From assembly GCA_017398695.1 (NCBI GenBank), contig JAFQFG010000193.1, positions 2,542 to 66,541 of the forward strand: a stretch of DNA of 64,000 bases, in the 5' to 3' direction. The notes under the pieces were generated by a model. The model saw only the letters and a list, made by a program, of their open reading frames with translations. It was not told the origin of the DNA and made no database searches. This DNA is from Alistipes sp. (lineage in GTDB: Bacteria; Bacteroidota; Bacteroidia; Bacteroidales; Rikenellaceae). The position numbers and the translations under genes were made by a program. This document shows, one piece after another, positions 10,070-20,422 of the stretch. The first letter of the stretch is position 1, and each line of letters starts with the position of its first letter.

Positions 10070-11236
10070 ATGATCAAAAATATAACTTCAGACATCAAGT
10101 ATGTGGGTGTCGACGATTTGGATCTGGATCTCTTTGAGAGCCAATACATTATCCCTAATGGCATTTCGTATAATTCATACATCATTGAGGATGAACAGAT
10201 TGCCATTATGGATTCGGTGGATGCCCGCAAGTGTGACGAGTGGCTCACAAATCTCGCAGAGGTGCTTGGTGAGCGCCAACCCGATCTTCTGGTTGTGCAG
10301 CACATGGAGCCCGACCATGCCGGTAGCATCGCAACGGTTATGGAGCGTTACCCCTCGCTGAAGATTATTGCGACGGCTCGCGCTGTGCAGATGTTGCCGC
10401 AGTTCTTCGAGGAGTGCAACTTCGAGGGTCGCACCATAGCTGTCAAGGATGGAGAGACCATCTCGCTGGGTCGCCACACATTGCAGTTCCTGACTGCACC
10501 GATGGTGCACTGGCCCGAGGTTATGGTGACCTATGACACAACAGATAAGGTGCTCTTCTCGGCAGATGCCTTTGGTAAGTTCGGGGCGTTGTGCCACGAG
10601 GAGGAGTGGGCGTGCGAGGCTCGTCGCTACTACTTCAATATCTGTGGTAAATATGGAGCACCGGTGCAGGCTCTGCTCAAGAAAGCGGCTGCTCTCGATA
10701 TAGAGGTTATCGCCCCTCTGCATGGCCCTATTTTGGCCGAAAATCTCGGATACTACGTGGGTCTGTATGACACTTGGAGCCGCTACGATGTTGAGACCGA
10801 GGGAGTTTTTATTGCTTGTGCCTCTATCCATGGCGGAACGCTTGCAGCGGCAGAGCGCCTTGCCGAGATATTGCGTGCAAAGGGAGCTCCGAAGGTTTCG
10901 GTGGCCGATTTGAGTCGTGACGACATGGCGGAGGCTATCGAGGATGCATTCCGAATGAGCCGACTTGTTGTGGCTGCAGCCTCGTATGACGGTGGGGTAT
11001 TTCCTCCGATGCACGACTTTCTGCACCATCTGCAGATCAAGGGCTATCAGCGCCGTAAGGTGGCCGTTATCGAGAATGGTTCATGGGCACCATGTGCGGG
11101 TCGCGTGATGTGCGAGATGCTCTCGCAGATGAAGCAGGTTGAGGTTGTGGGGCCTATGGTGACACTTTGGTCGCGTATGAAGAGGTCTGATGAGGCGGCT
11201 CTCGAGGCTCTGGCTGATGCCATTCTTGCAAAGTAG
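10070..11236 (+). CDS. FprA family flavodiiron protein (MBL fold plus flavodoxin)
   Basis: HMEPDH, VHWPE, FSADAFG, PLHGP, ENGSW. Confidence 0.9.
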   Translation: MIKNITSDIKYVGVDDLDLDLFESQYIIPNGISYNSYIIEDEQIAIMDSVDARKCDEWLTNLAEVLGERQPDLLVVQHMEPDHAGSIATVMERYPSLKIIATARAVQMLPQFFEECNFEGRTIAVKDGETISLGRHTLQFLTAPMVHWPEVMVTYDTTDKVLFSADAFGKFGALCHEEEWACEARRYYFNICGKYGAPVQALLKKAAALDIEVIAPLHGPILAENLGYYVGLYDTWSRYDVETEGVFIACASIHGGTLAAAERLAEILRAKGAPKVSVADLSRDDMAEAIEDAFRMSRLVVAAASYDGGVFPPMHDFLHHLQIKGYQRRKVAVIENGSWAPCAGRVMCEMLSQMKQVEVVGPMVTLWSRMKRSDEAALEALADAILAK

Positions 11237-11284
11237 CGAGCCTGCAATAACAATATCAACGAGAAGGGGTAAAAGCAAAGGAGA

Positions 11285-12364
11285 ATGAAGGCTCTGTTTA
11301 TGATTATGCCGCTTGTCTATCTGGGCGGTAGTGGCTATCTGCTGTGGCGCACATGGTCGCTCGTTGCCGGAGCACCGTTGTGGGTGAGAATTCTCTATGT
11401 GCTGATCTATGTCACGTTGTCGATGTTGCTCTTTATCTCTATCGGTGCGAGAGATGTATCGCTACCGGAGTGGTTGCTCGGTGGGATGTTTCGAGTGGGC
11501 TCGGTGTGGATTCTGCTGATGTTTTATATGATTATGGCGCTTACGCTCTGTGATCTGGTGGGGTGGATAGTGCCGTCGTTTCAAGCAAAACTACACGTGG
11601 CAGTCGTGATGACTTTGGCTGTGATGGTCTATGGCTATGTCAACTATCGCAATCCGCATGTTGAACGCATCGCCATAACGCTGGATAAGCCCATCGAGGG
11701 GACACCGCTGAAGATTGTGGCAGTGAGCGATGTGCATCTTGGTTACGGCACCGGCAAGAGAGCTTTGCAACGATATGTCGAGATGATAAACCGCGAGAGG
11801 GCGGATGTGGTGGTCATTGCCGGTGACCTTATAGACAACAGTATCGCTCCTGTGCGTAGTGCCGCGATGGAGGAGGAGTTGGCTCGCATTGAGGCTCCGC
11901 ACGGGGTCTATCTCGCACTCGGCAATCACGAATATATCAGTGGTGTGGAGGAGTGTATCGAGTTCTTGGAGCAGACTCCTGTGAAGGTGCTGCGTGATAG
12001 TGTAGTCACGTTGCCGAATGGGGTGCAGATTGCGGGTCGCGATGATAGGATGAACCGCCACAGATTGCCACTCGACGAATTACTCTCCGAGATGGATGCC
12101 CAAAAGCCAATAATTCTGCTTGACCATCAGCCCTACAACCTCGACGAGGTGGATGCGGCCGGTGTTGATTTGCAGATAAGCGGACACACTCATCATGGGC
12201 AGGTCTTTCCGCTAAACCTTATTACGGATGTGATGTACGAGCAGAGCCACGGCTATCGCAAGTGGCAACATGCTCATATTTACGTTTCGAGCGGATTGTC
12301 GCTATGGGGGCCACCGTTCCGTATCGGAACACGTAGCGACATGGCGGTAATTACCCTGAAATAG
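11285..12364 (+). CDS. Membrane-anchored metallophosphoesterase (YkuE-like)
   Basis: N-terminal TMs; SDVHLG, GDL, GNHE, SGHTHHGQ. Confidence 0.88.
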   Translation: MKALFMIMPLVYLGGSGYLLWRTWSLVAGAPLWVRILYVLIYVTLSMLLFISIGARDVSLPEWLLGGMFRVGSVWILLMFYMIMALTLCDLVGWIVPSFQAKLHVAVVMTLAVMVYGYVNYRNPHVERIAITLDKPIEGTPLKIVAVSDVHLGYGTGKRALQRYVEMINRERADVVVIAGDLIDNSIAPVRSAAMEEELARIEAPHGVYLALGNHEYISGVEECIEFLEQTPVKVLRDSVVTLPNGVQIAGRDDRMNRHRLPLDELLSEMDAQKPIILLDHQPYNLDEVDAAGVDLQISGHTHHGQVFPLNLITDVMYEQSHGYRKWQHAHIYVSSGLSLWGPPFRIGTRSDMAVITLK

Positions 12365-12387
12365 TTCTCTATACCTTAAGCTTACTT

Positions 12388-13074
12388 CTATTTTTGCATC
12401 TGCGCCACACCGCGTTTGTGCATCTGAATGGAGTCAAGCAGCCGATTGGCCTCTTCGACAAAGTTATAACATTTGTGGCAGTGTCGCCACTCCCAATTTA
12501 CCCGTCCGCGCTTAATGAAGTCCAGAGCGTCAAGTACGCGGGTCGACTGGAAAGGGTATCGCTTGGCTGTGAAACACACCTTTGAGGGGTAATTCAACGT
12601 CTCGAACTCGGCAATCTCCTTGTCGGTACATTCGTTGCGTTCGGCAAGCTTGACAATGATGTTGTCGTAGTCGATACGCTTTGCACGGCGATGCCACTTC
12701 TCGAGTGCCTCTTCGGGTGTTTTGTAGTGCAGGAAGTGTATCTCGACGGTATCGCCTCCACCCTTCGGGGTGAGTTCTGCAATCGGAAAGTCCCACTTAA
12801 AGTAGCGTAGATTAGCTTCGTAGCGGCTCTCGCTGCGGGGGATAAAGCGGAACTCGCCTTCGACATAGTTGCGTAGCGAACGCAAAATTTTGATGTAGTC
12901 GGGAGCCGGCACAAGCAATCCGACGAAGGGAGAGTTGTAGCCTATTCCCAGATATTGACAGAGAATGCCGCCCCAGCAATTCTCACTGATTATCGTTACA
13001 TTGCGATTGCGTAACTGGCGACCGGTGGTGCGGTAATGCCACCATCGTCCGAGCTTTTCAAACGGGTTGTTCAT
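12388..13074 (-). CDS. DUF1919 family protein (polysaccharide biosynthesis associated)
   Basis: IISENCWGG, NSPFVGL, IHFLHY, KWHRRAKRI; own TATCTTTG promoter at 13100-13107. Confidence 0.75.
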   Translation of the reverse strand: MNNPFEKLGRWWHYRTTGRQLRNRNVTIISENCWGGILCQYLGIGYNSPFVGLLVPAPDYIKILRSLRNYVEGEFRFIPRSESRYEANLRYFKWDFPIAELTPKGGGDTVEIHFLHYKTPEEALEKWHRRAKRIDYDNIIVKLAERNECTDKEIAEFETLNYPSKVCFTAKRYPFQSTRVLDALDFIKRGRVNWEWRHCHKCYNFVEEANRLLDSIQMHKRGVAQMQK

Positions 13075-13208
13075 TGTTTAGGGTAGTAGTATTTGACAAC
13101 AAAGATATAAAATTTTCGTTATCAAACAAAAAATCCTCCTAATAAGACATTTTAGCATCTGCCATGTCGGAAAAAGGCGTATTTATATCATGCAATATAA
13201 ATACGTGC

Positions 13209-13245
13209 AAAAAGAGGATGCCCAAAACTTATCGGACATCCTCTT
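13209..13245 (-). terminator. Intrinsic terminator downstream of the GH3 gene
   Basis: AAGAGGATG...CATCCTCTT inverted repeat with an A-tract on the + strand (U-tract on the minus strand). Confidence 0.65.
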
Positions 13246-13304
13246 AGTTGTGTGTTGAGGGCTCGCTGGGCTCCAGGCCACACCGCCCCCTCGTAGAGCG
13301 ATAT

Positions 13305-15647
13305 TTACTTGATAAAGATCTCTCCCTTCTCGGGTTTCATGACGTCTGTTACGGGAGTAACCTTCTCCTTCTTGATGGTTACCACCTTCGAGAGGGGCAG
13401 AGTTGCCGAGTCAAATCCGAGCGAGAGACGATAGTCGCCCTTGCGCACCTTCCATGCCGACTCTTTCTCGCTGTAGGTAGCCAAATCGTCATTGCTGATG
13501 GCGATTGTCACCTCACAGCTCTCACCGGGCTGCAGGAGCGGGGTCTTCTTATATCCACGCAGCTCGATTGCCGGACGATCGGTCTCGGGAGCCAGCTCCG
13601 TAGAGTAGAGCTGTACGACCTGCTTTGCCGGGAACTTACCCACGTTTGATACTTTGCATGTAACCTCAAAACCGCTCTTAGTCTTGATTGTCTGCATCGC
13701 CGAAGCCTCGAACTTCGAATAGGTCAGACCATAGCCAAAGGGGTATGCCACCGGAACATTGCGCGTTGCAAAGTGACGGTAGCCGATGTAGATATCCTCT
13801 TCGTAGTTGGTGTAGTCGACATTGGGAATATCGTAGGGCTGACACACCTTACTCTGGTTCTCGAACGATTGGTTAAGACCCGTTTCGGGCACATTGATCG
13901 GGAAGTTCTGCGAGGGAACATCTGCATAGGACATGGGGAAGGTCATCGGCAAGTGGCCACTGGGCGATACTCTGCCGAGCAGGACATCTGCTACAGAGTT
14001 GCCTCCCTCCTGTCCGGGCATCCAGCAGACGAGGATACCGTCAACCTTGTCACGCCACGATGCCACCTCGACCGGACCGCAGACATTCAGCACAACGATA
14101 ACCTTCTTGCCTTGTGCGTGGAACTCGCGACTTACGGAGTTGAGCAGTGCTGTTTCGTTGATCGAAAGTTGGAAGTCACGCACGACGTGGCGGTCGAACG
14201 CCTCTGCCGAGTTGCGGCTGATGGTGATGATCGCTACATTCGAATCGTTGGCTGTTCCGCGAACAAATGCGTAGGGGTCTTTCATCTCATTGGGACGGAT
14301 GTTGTATACGTACCATTGACGCAGAGCCACAATGGGAGCCAAGCGTTTCTCCTCTCTCTCCATGTGCTTCTTATAGAGTTTGTCGAGCGACTCGTTCAGC
14401 ACGAATTCGTTGCCGATAAGGCCGTCACGCAGGTCAACGACATAGGCCTTATTCACATCGCCCGAGCCACGACCACCGGCGATGAAGTCGTACGATGCCG
14501 AGCCAAAGAGGGCAACCTTCTCACCCTTTGCCAAAGGCATCACATCGCCATCGTTCTTGAGTAGTACGAAGCCTTCGCTTGCAACCTCGCGAGTGAGGGC
14601 TGCGTGAGCCTTCAGGTCGGGCTTGTTCGAGTACTGATAGCCTGCAAAGCGGGGCGAACGGACAATCAACTCCAGTACGCGACGCACGTTGCGGTCGAGG
14701 TCTGCTTGTGAGAGCTTTCCGCTCTGCACACCCTCGACAATAGCCATAACATCCTCGTATCTTCCGGGCTGAAGCATATCGTTACCTGCCCACATCTGCT
14801 TTACGGCATCGACACCGCCACCCCAGTCGGTCATCACCGCTCCTTCGAAGCCCCACTCGCCACGCAGAATATCCTCCAACAGACCGCGGTCCTCAGAGGT
14901 GTAGCGGCCGTTGATGTAGTTGTACGATGTCATAATAGTCCACGGCTGAGCCTCGCGAACGGCAATCTCGAAATTCTTGAGGTAGATCTCGCGCAGAGCA
15001 CGCAACGAGATGCGGGCATCGTTTGCAAGGCGGTTGATCTCCTGAGAGTTGCCGGCAAAGTGCTTGAGCGAGGTGCCGACACCATTGCTTTCGATACCAT
15101 TAATCATGGCTGCAGCGGTTTTGCCGGCCAAGAGAGGATCCTCCGAATAGTACTCGAAGTTGCGACCGCACAGCGGGTTACGCATCATGTTTATGCCCGG
15201 AGCCAACAGCACATCGACACCATATTCGAGAACCTCGTTACCCATAGCCTGACCCACTTTGTTAATGATGTCGGCATTCCATGTGGCTGCAAGGTGTGTG
15301 CCTACGGGGAATCCGGTGCAGTAGAAGGTCTGGTCGCTACCCTCGCGAGTGGGCGAGATACGAAGTCCTGCAGGGCCGTCGGCCAAAACGATTGAGGGAA
15401 TGCCCAGACGCTCGATGGGGTAGGTCGTACCGGCAGCACCGGGGATAATCTTGCGAGTGTAGCCAACCTCACCGGCAGCTGATTTATTGTCGCGCAGGCG
15501 TGTGCCTACTACAAGGTGCGCTTTCTCCTTGAGGGTCAACTCCTTGATGATTTCATCAATGTTGTCTTTGTTGAGTTTCAGCGGCTCTGCAGCTGTTGCA
15601 CTCATCGCGGTTGCAATGGCTGCACATAGGATTACGAGTCTCTTCAT
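13305..15647 (-). CDS. Secreted GH3 beta-glucosidase
   Basis: Signal peptide from ATG 15647; ADGPAG, GRNFEYYSEDP, KHF, MTDWGG nucleophile, Fn3-like C-terminus; TATATTTG promoter at 15687-15694. Confidence 0.92.
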   Translation of the reverse strand: MKRLVILCAAIATAMSATAAEPLKLNKDNIDEIIKELTLKEKAHLVVGTRLRDNKSAAGEVGYTRKIIPGAAGTTYPIERLGIPSIVLADGPAGLRISPTREGSDQTFYCTGFPVGTHLAATWNADIINKVGQAMGNEVLEYGVDVLLAPGINMMRNPLCGRNFEYYSEDPLLAGKTAAAMINGIESNGVGTSLKHFAGNSQEINRLANDARISLRALREIYLKNFEIAVREAQPWTIMTSYNYINGRYTSEDRGLLEDILRGEWGFEGAVMTDWGGGVDAVKQMWAGNDMLQPGRYEDVMAIVEGVQSGKLSQADLDRNVRRVLELIVRSPRFAGYQYSNKPDLKAHAALTREVASEGFVLLKNDGDVMPLAKGEKVALFGSASYDFIAGGRGSGDVNKAYVVDLRDGLIGNEFVLNESLDKLYKKHMEREEKRLAPIVALRQWYVYNIRPNEMKDPYAFVRGTANDSNVAIITISRNSAEAFDRHVVRDFQLSINETALLNSVSREFHAQGKKVIVVLNVCGPVEVASWRDKVDGILVCWMPGQEGGNSVADVLLGRVSPSGHLPMTFPMSYADVPSQNFPINVPETGLNQSFENQSKVCQPYDIPNVDYTNYEEDIYIGYRHFATRNVPVAYPFGYGLTYSKFEASAMQTIKTKSGFEVTCKVSNVGKFPAKQVVQLYSTELAPETDRPAIELRGYKKTPLLQPGESCEVTIAISNDDLATYSEKESAWKVRKGDYRLSLGFDSATLPLSKVVTIKKEKVTPVTDVMKPEKGEIFIK

Positions 15648-15730
15648 GTTTTTTATCTGTTTTATGTAAAAATTATTGTCTATGTACAAATATACACCTT
15701 TATTTTTGGAAAACACTCATTATTGATGCT

Positions 15731-17284
15731 TTATCGCAGATATCGGGCAACGGCATCGGCAACGCGCTCGCCATCGAGTGCTGCCGAGATAATGCCTCCG
15801 GCATAGCCGGCACCCTCGCCTGCAGGGAATAGACCGGCAACCTCATCGTGCATCAACGATTCGGGATTGCGGGGTATGCGGACAGGCGTTGATGTGCGTG
15901 ATTCGACACCGACAACCACCGCCTCGTTGGTCATAAATCCGTGCATACGACGGCCGAAGGTGGCTATTCCCGAGCGTAGCGCCTGCGACATAAATGTCGG
16001 CATCCACTCCTTGAAGTGTGAGGGGACTACTCCGGGGATGTATGAAACTTTTGGAAGAGTTTTACTCTCCCGACCACTCACAAAATCAGCTACGCGCTGT
16101 GCCGGAGCAATCTGATGTTCACCGCCTGCTCGACGAGCCGCCTGCTCGACTTCGCGCCTGAATGCCAGGCCGGCCAACTCGCCATACTCTTTGCGCAAGT
16201 ACTCAAAATCCGACAGACGCACCTCGGTGACAAGTCCCGAGTTGGCGTATGGAGAGTTGCGCTCGCTGGGCGACATGCCATTTACTACAGCCTGCGAGGG
16301 ATCGGTCATGGCCGGAACCATAAAGCCTCCGGGACACATGCAGAATGAGTAGACTCCGCGCCCATTCTCTTGCGCCACAAGCGAGTACGATGCCGAGGGC
16401 AGATACTCCATCTCGGTGGAGTTGTGATACTGAATCGAATTTATCAGTGCCTGCGGATGCTCAATGCGAACGCCCATAGCAAAAGGCTTCGCTTCGAGGC
16501 GTATGCCGGCATCGCTCAGCATAAAGTAGATGTCGTCTGCCGAGTGTCCCGTGGCAACAACCACTGCTGCAGCCTCGATGAGTGTATCTCCGCAACGCAC
16601 ACCCGCAACCCGTCCGTTGCGAACGACAAACTCGGTCACGCGGTGCTCAAACAACACTTCGCCACCTGCCTCGCGGATGGTTTGACAAATCGATGAGATG
16701 ATACGTGGGAGCTTATCGGAGCCGATATGGGGATGTGCCTCGTAGAGAATCTCGGGTGAGGCTCCGTGGAATACCAAGGTTTGCAGAGCCTTGTTGTAGT
16801 CGCCTCGTTTCTTGCTACGGGTGAAGAGCTTGCCATCCGAGAATGTGCCGGCTCCGCCCTCACCGAAGGCGTAGTTCGAGTCGGGATTGATTGCTCCGTT
16901 ACGGTTGATCTGCGCCACATCCCTTTTGCGGGGCAGTACCTCCTTTCCTCGCTCGAGCATTATGGGACGCAGACCAAGTTCGATAAGGTGCAACGAAGCA
17001 AAAAGACCCGCCGGACCCGAGCCGACAACAATGACTTCGGGCTTGCCGACTACCGAGGGGTAGTCGAAATGTACGGGAGCCGGTTGTGGTTCGTTGTCGA
17101 TGTATATCTCGAGCGATAGGTTGACCTTTGGTCGCCCGCGACGAGCATCTATCGAGCGTTTAACCACACGCACCAAAGCTACTTGTAGGTCGCTGATGCC
17201 CAACTGACGAGCTGCCAGCGATGTGTAGGTCGCGGCATCGGCAGCCTGCTTGGGGGTAAGGGTTAGTGTCAGTGCTTTGGGCAT
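15731..17284 (-). CDS. FAD/NAD(P)-dependent oxidoreductase (uncharacterised FAD-dependent dehydrogenase family)
   Basis: GSGPAG, FGEGGAGTFSDGKL, FCMCPGG, GEGAGYAGGI. Confidence 0.85.
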   Translation of the reverse strand: MPKALTLTLTPKQAADAATYTSLAARQLGISDLQVALVRVVKRSIDARRGRPKVNLSLEIYIDNEPQPAPVHFDYPSVVGKPEVIVVGSGPAGLFASLHLIELGLRPIMLERGKEVLPRKRDVAQINRNGAINPDSNYAFGEGGAGTFSDGKLFTRSKKRGDYNKALQTLVFHGASPEILYEAHPHIGSDKLPRIISSICQTIREAGGEVLFEHRVTEFVVRNGRVAGVRCGDTLIEAAAVVVATGHSADDIYFMLSDAGIRLEAKPFAMGVRIEHPQALINSIQYHNSTEMEYLPSASYSLVAQENGRGVYSFCMCPGGFMVPAMTDPSQAVVNGMSPSERNSPYANSGLVTEVRLSDFEYLRKEYGELAGLAFRREVEQAARRAGGEHQIAPAQRVADFVSGRESKTLPKVSYIPGVVPSHFKEWMPTFMSQALRSGIATFGRRMHGFMTNEAVVVGVESRTSTPVRIPRNPESLMHDEVAGLFPAGEGAGYAGGIISAALDGERVADAVARYLR

Positions 17285-17305
17285 GGTCGGGTGGCTATGT
17301 GTGTT

Positions 17306-17554
17306 TTACTCTGTGGCGGTTCGGTTGACGACAAGAGTGTCAACAGAGTCTGTGGGAACAATATTTTCATCTGCCGAAGCATCTGTTTCGGGGCTGACCA
17401 CTTCGGGGTTATCCACCTCGGATTTGATGGCTACAGATGTGTTGACGTGGCTAAAATCAATGGCCGAAGAGTAGTGCTCGCGACCCAGAATCGTAAAAAC
17501 CACTATTGCCACCACTCCGAGTGTGCCTATGATGCCTATGATTCGTTTTATCAT
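17306..17554 (-). CDS. Small hypothetical membrane-anchored protein
   Basis: 82 aa, N-terminal hydrophobic helix and acidic tail; 4-nt overlap with the S41 gene stop. Confidence 0.6.
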   Translation of the reverse strand: MIKRIIGIIGTLGVVAIVVFTILGREHYSSAIDFSHVNTSVAIKSEVDNPEVVSPETDASADENIVPTDSVDTLVVNRTATE

Positions 17555-19212
17555 TGTTGTTTGTTGCGTTTTTCGCGCTGCTCGTTCAGTAGTTCGACGG
17601 CGCGTTGCACCGTATTGTCTATTTTGTGAATATTGTCGTAAAAACCGTTGCTCTCGAGAGCCGTATTACGACTAATGTAGGCACGCAGTTGCGCCTCGAT
17701 AATCTTTCGCGAGGTTGCAATCTCTCTCTGCACGGGCTTGACCCCGTTACGCTCGGCATAGCGCACAAAGTCGGAGAGCAGAGCCGTGTCGGCATCGAGG
17801 AAAGCCCTCAATTCGGTGAGGGTCTTTATCTTGTCCAACTCTGCACGGTGGCGGTCGGCATACTCAATGGTGTAGCGATAGATTATGTTGCGTCCCGACA
17901 CCTCGACAAAGTATTTGGTCACATCCATCGTGTCGAGCGGCACAAACTCATCGGGCATAATACCTCCACCACCATAGACAACCTTGCCCTTCGGGGTGAC
18001 AAATCGCAACGAGTCGGCAAAGTGAATGCTGTCTGCCGAGAAGAACTCGTTGTTGAGGTAGCGATTGTAGAGGTCACTCTCATACTTCTCGCCTTCACCG
18101 TTGGTGTAGGGTTTCTGAATCGAACGACCCGTAGGGGTAAAGTATCGTGCAACGGTGATGCGCAGTGCCGAGCCATCGGAGAATGGCACCTGACGTTGTA
18201 CCAAACCCTTGCCGAACGAACGACGACCCACGATGGTGCCACGGTCGTTGTCCTGCAAGGCCCCGGCTAAAATCTCGCTCGATGAGGCACTTGCTTCGTC
18301 TATCAAAACAGCAATATCGAGATCGGTAGAGCCACCCTTGCCATCGCTGAACTCCTTGATCTGGTTGCGGGCACGATCCTCGGTGTAGACAATCAGTGCT
18401 CCGGCCGGCAGGAACTCGTTGGCAATCTCGATGGCCTGGTCGAGATAGCCGCCTGTGTTGCCGCGAAGGTCGAAAATCAGCTGTTCCATACCCTCGGCAC
18501 GCAACTCTTTGAGAGCCTTCTTGAGTTCGGTGTAGGAGGTGCGGGCAAACTGCGAGAGGCGTATGTATCCGATTTGCGGGGTCATCATGAACGATGCCTC
18601 GATGCTGTGCAACGGTATGGCATCGCGGGTGACTGTGATGTTGACTATATCGCCAATGCCCTGACGCTCAATACCTAAGCGAACCTTCGTGCCACGCTTG
18701 CCGCGTAGCTGTTTGACAATGTTGTTTTGCGGGATTTTACGTCCGGCAACAATCGAATCGTTGATGCGGATGATGCGGTCACCGGCACGAACACCGGCCT
18801 TGTCGCTCGGACCCTTTGGTATCACGTTCAACACAATGACCGTGTCGGTAGCCATGTTGAATACCACACCAATGCCGTCAAACTCTCCCTCGAGAGGCTC
18901 GTTCATTGCCTGCATCTCCGATGCCGGAATGTAGGCCGAGTGAGGATCGAGTTTCTCGACGATATGAGGCATAACGTGCTCGATAATAGAGTCGAGCGAC
19001 AGCGAATCGACATAACTCTTCTCGATGAGCGAGAGAGTGTAGCTCAACTTATTGGTCGGCACCGCGAGCTCGTGCATAATCTCTCGCAGCTGCGATTGCG
19101 TAGCCTTGTGTGTGCGAATAGCTCCGATGCGTGAGCCGACAATAAAGGCAACTGCCACCGCAAGCAGCGGTAGCAGATAGCCCATGATTTGTCTGAATCC
19201 GAATTTACGCAT
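17551..19212 (-). CDS. S41 family C-terminal processing peptidase
   Basis: LDPHS, PDZ domain, DLRGNTGG, SASSSEI, GKGLVQ. Confidence 0.92.
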   Translation of the reverse strand: MRKFGFRQIMGYLLPLLAVAVAFIVGSRIGAIRTHKATQSQLREIMHELAVPTNKLSYTLSLIEKSYVDSLSLDSIIEHVMPHIVEKLDPHSAYIPASEMQAMNEPLEGEFDGIGVVFNMATDTVIVLNVIPKGPSDKAGVRAGDRIIRINDSIVAGRKIPQNNIVKQLRGKRGTKVRLGIERQGIGDIVNITVTRDAIPLHSIEASFMMTPQIGYIRLSQFARTSYTELKKALKELRAEGMEQLIFDLRGNTGGYLDQAIEIANEFLPAGALIVYTEDRARNQIKEFSDGKGGSTDLDIAVLIDEASASSSEILAGALQDNDRGTIVGRRSFGKGLVQRQVPFSDGSALRITVARYFTPTGRSIQKPYTNGEGEKYESDLYNRYLNNEFFSADSIHFADSLRFVTPKGKVVYGGGGIMPDEFVPLDTMDVTKYFVEVSGRNIIYRYTIEYADRHRAELDKIKTLTELRAFLDADTALLSDFVRYAERNGVKPVQREIATSRKIIEAQLRAYISRNTALESNGFYDNIHKIDNTVQRAVELLNEQREKRNKQQ

Positions 19213-19223
19213 CCTCGAAGATA

Positions 19224-20327
19224 CTACTTGTTCTTGAAGTTATACGAAAGACCTACACCGAGCAGAATCTGGGTCTGCACCGAACGGATTTGAGCCTTGT
19301 TATAGAGCATCTGGAAGTAGAACTGTGTCGAGAAATACTTCGTAGCCTTGATGTCGACGGTGTGCTCCCAACGCAGGGTCGGTGCGATATGCTCGAAGAG
19401 CTCGCGATTGTGGCTCGCCTGCTGGGTAATCTCGTTGATCCAACCATAGAATGAGTAGAGCACCGTGCGATAGCGGAAGACACCCTTCTTGCCGAACGTG
19501 CGGTCGAAGTTGACCTGCAACGACGAACCACCCTCGTAGCGTGAAGTGCCATTCTCGAGGGTCAAGCCGTAGCAGTACGGAGTATTCTTATCGGCCGGAG
19601 TCAGATCCGCAAAGGCCTTGGTGCCGAACTTGTTAGCGTAGAATACATCGCGTACCATCTGATTGGTGACGTAGGTCGCACTCATTGAGATAGGCGAGAG
19701 GTTGATCTTGATGGGGAACTTCTTCTCGGCGCAGACATACGTGAAACCGAGCGAGAGGTTCAGATATGCCGGAGCTACTGCCGAGCTTGTGCGCTTGTTG
19801 TCCTTGTCGAAGCCGTTGGCAAACTGCGAGCGGAGTGATGCGATGGCTCCGAAGTTCCACTCCTTCGAGATTTTATATGCCGGAGCGGTCGATATAAACC
19901 ACTCATCCTGGCTCTTGGTCCACTCGCTCTCCTTGCTGGTGTAGCCGAGTTTGGCTGTGACCTTGTTGCTGATGGTGAACTTGCCCTTGGTGAAGTTGTG
20001 GGTAAAGAGCATGTTGGCTACGCCTGTAATGGCATTGGCGTTGCCGTTTACCTGCTGCCACTTGCTGTTGAAGTTCGAGAGCGAACCATTCAACGAAACG
20101 TTGAATTCGATCTTATTACGCTCTTTGCGGATCGCTGCACGCTCGGCACGGATGCGAGCCTCGTTTGAAAAATCATTCTTAACAGTGTTCTGCTTCACTG
20201 TATCTTTGAAGGTGATGCCCTCCTCTGCCGTTTTGGCAGGGGCTGCGGCCTCAATCGACACCTGAGCAACTGCCGATGTGGTCATCGCAAACAATGCGAT
20301 TGCAAAAATTGAGTAAAATTTTCTCAT
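19224..20327 (-). CDS. DUF3078-type outer-membrane beta-barrel protein
   Basis: Signal peptide, SQFANG, APAYL, C-terminal GLSYNF barrel signal; promoter TATCTTTG at 20357-20364. Confidence 0.7.
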   Translation of the reverse strand: MRKFYSIFAIALFAMTTSAVAQVSIEAAAPAKTAEEGITFKDTVKQNTVKNDFSNEARIRAERAAIRKERNKIEFNVSLNGSLSNFNSKWQQVNGNANAITGVANMLFTHNFTKGKFTISNKVTAKLGYTSKESEWTKSQDEWFISTAPAYKISKEWNFGAIASLRSQFANGFDKDNKRTSSAVAPAYLNLSLGFTYVCAEKKFPIKINLSPISMSATYVTNQMVRDVFYANKFGTKAFADLTPADKNTPYCYGLTLENGTSRYEGGSSLQVNFDRTFGKKGVFRYRTVLYSFYGWINEITQQASHNRELFEHIAPTLRWEHTVDIKATKYFSTQFYFQMLYNKAQIRSVQTQILLGVGLSYNFKNK

Positions 20328-20422
20328 AACTTTTCTCTTTTGATTGTTTTATGGCTCAAAGATAACCAAAATTCACATAGATAATGCAGCTATCGGTCTA
20401 CATTTACACCGATTCCCACTTT

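Noticed and set aside
15648-15716. Longer start for the GH3 gene
   Set aside because: It overlaps the promoter region; the signal peptide starts at ATG 15647.
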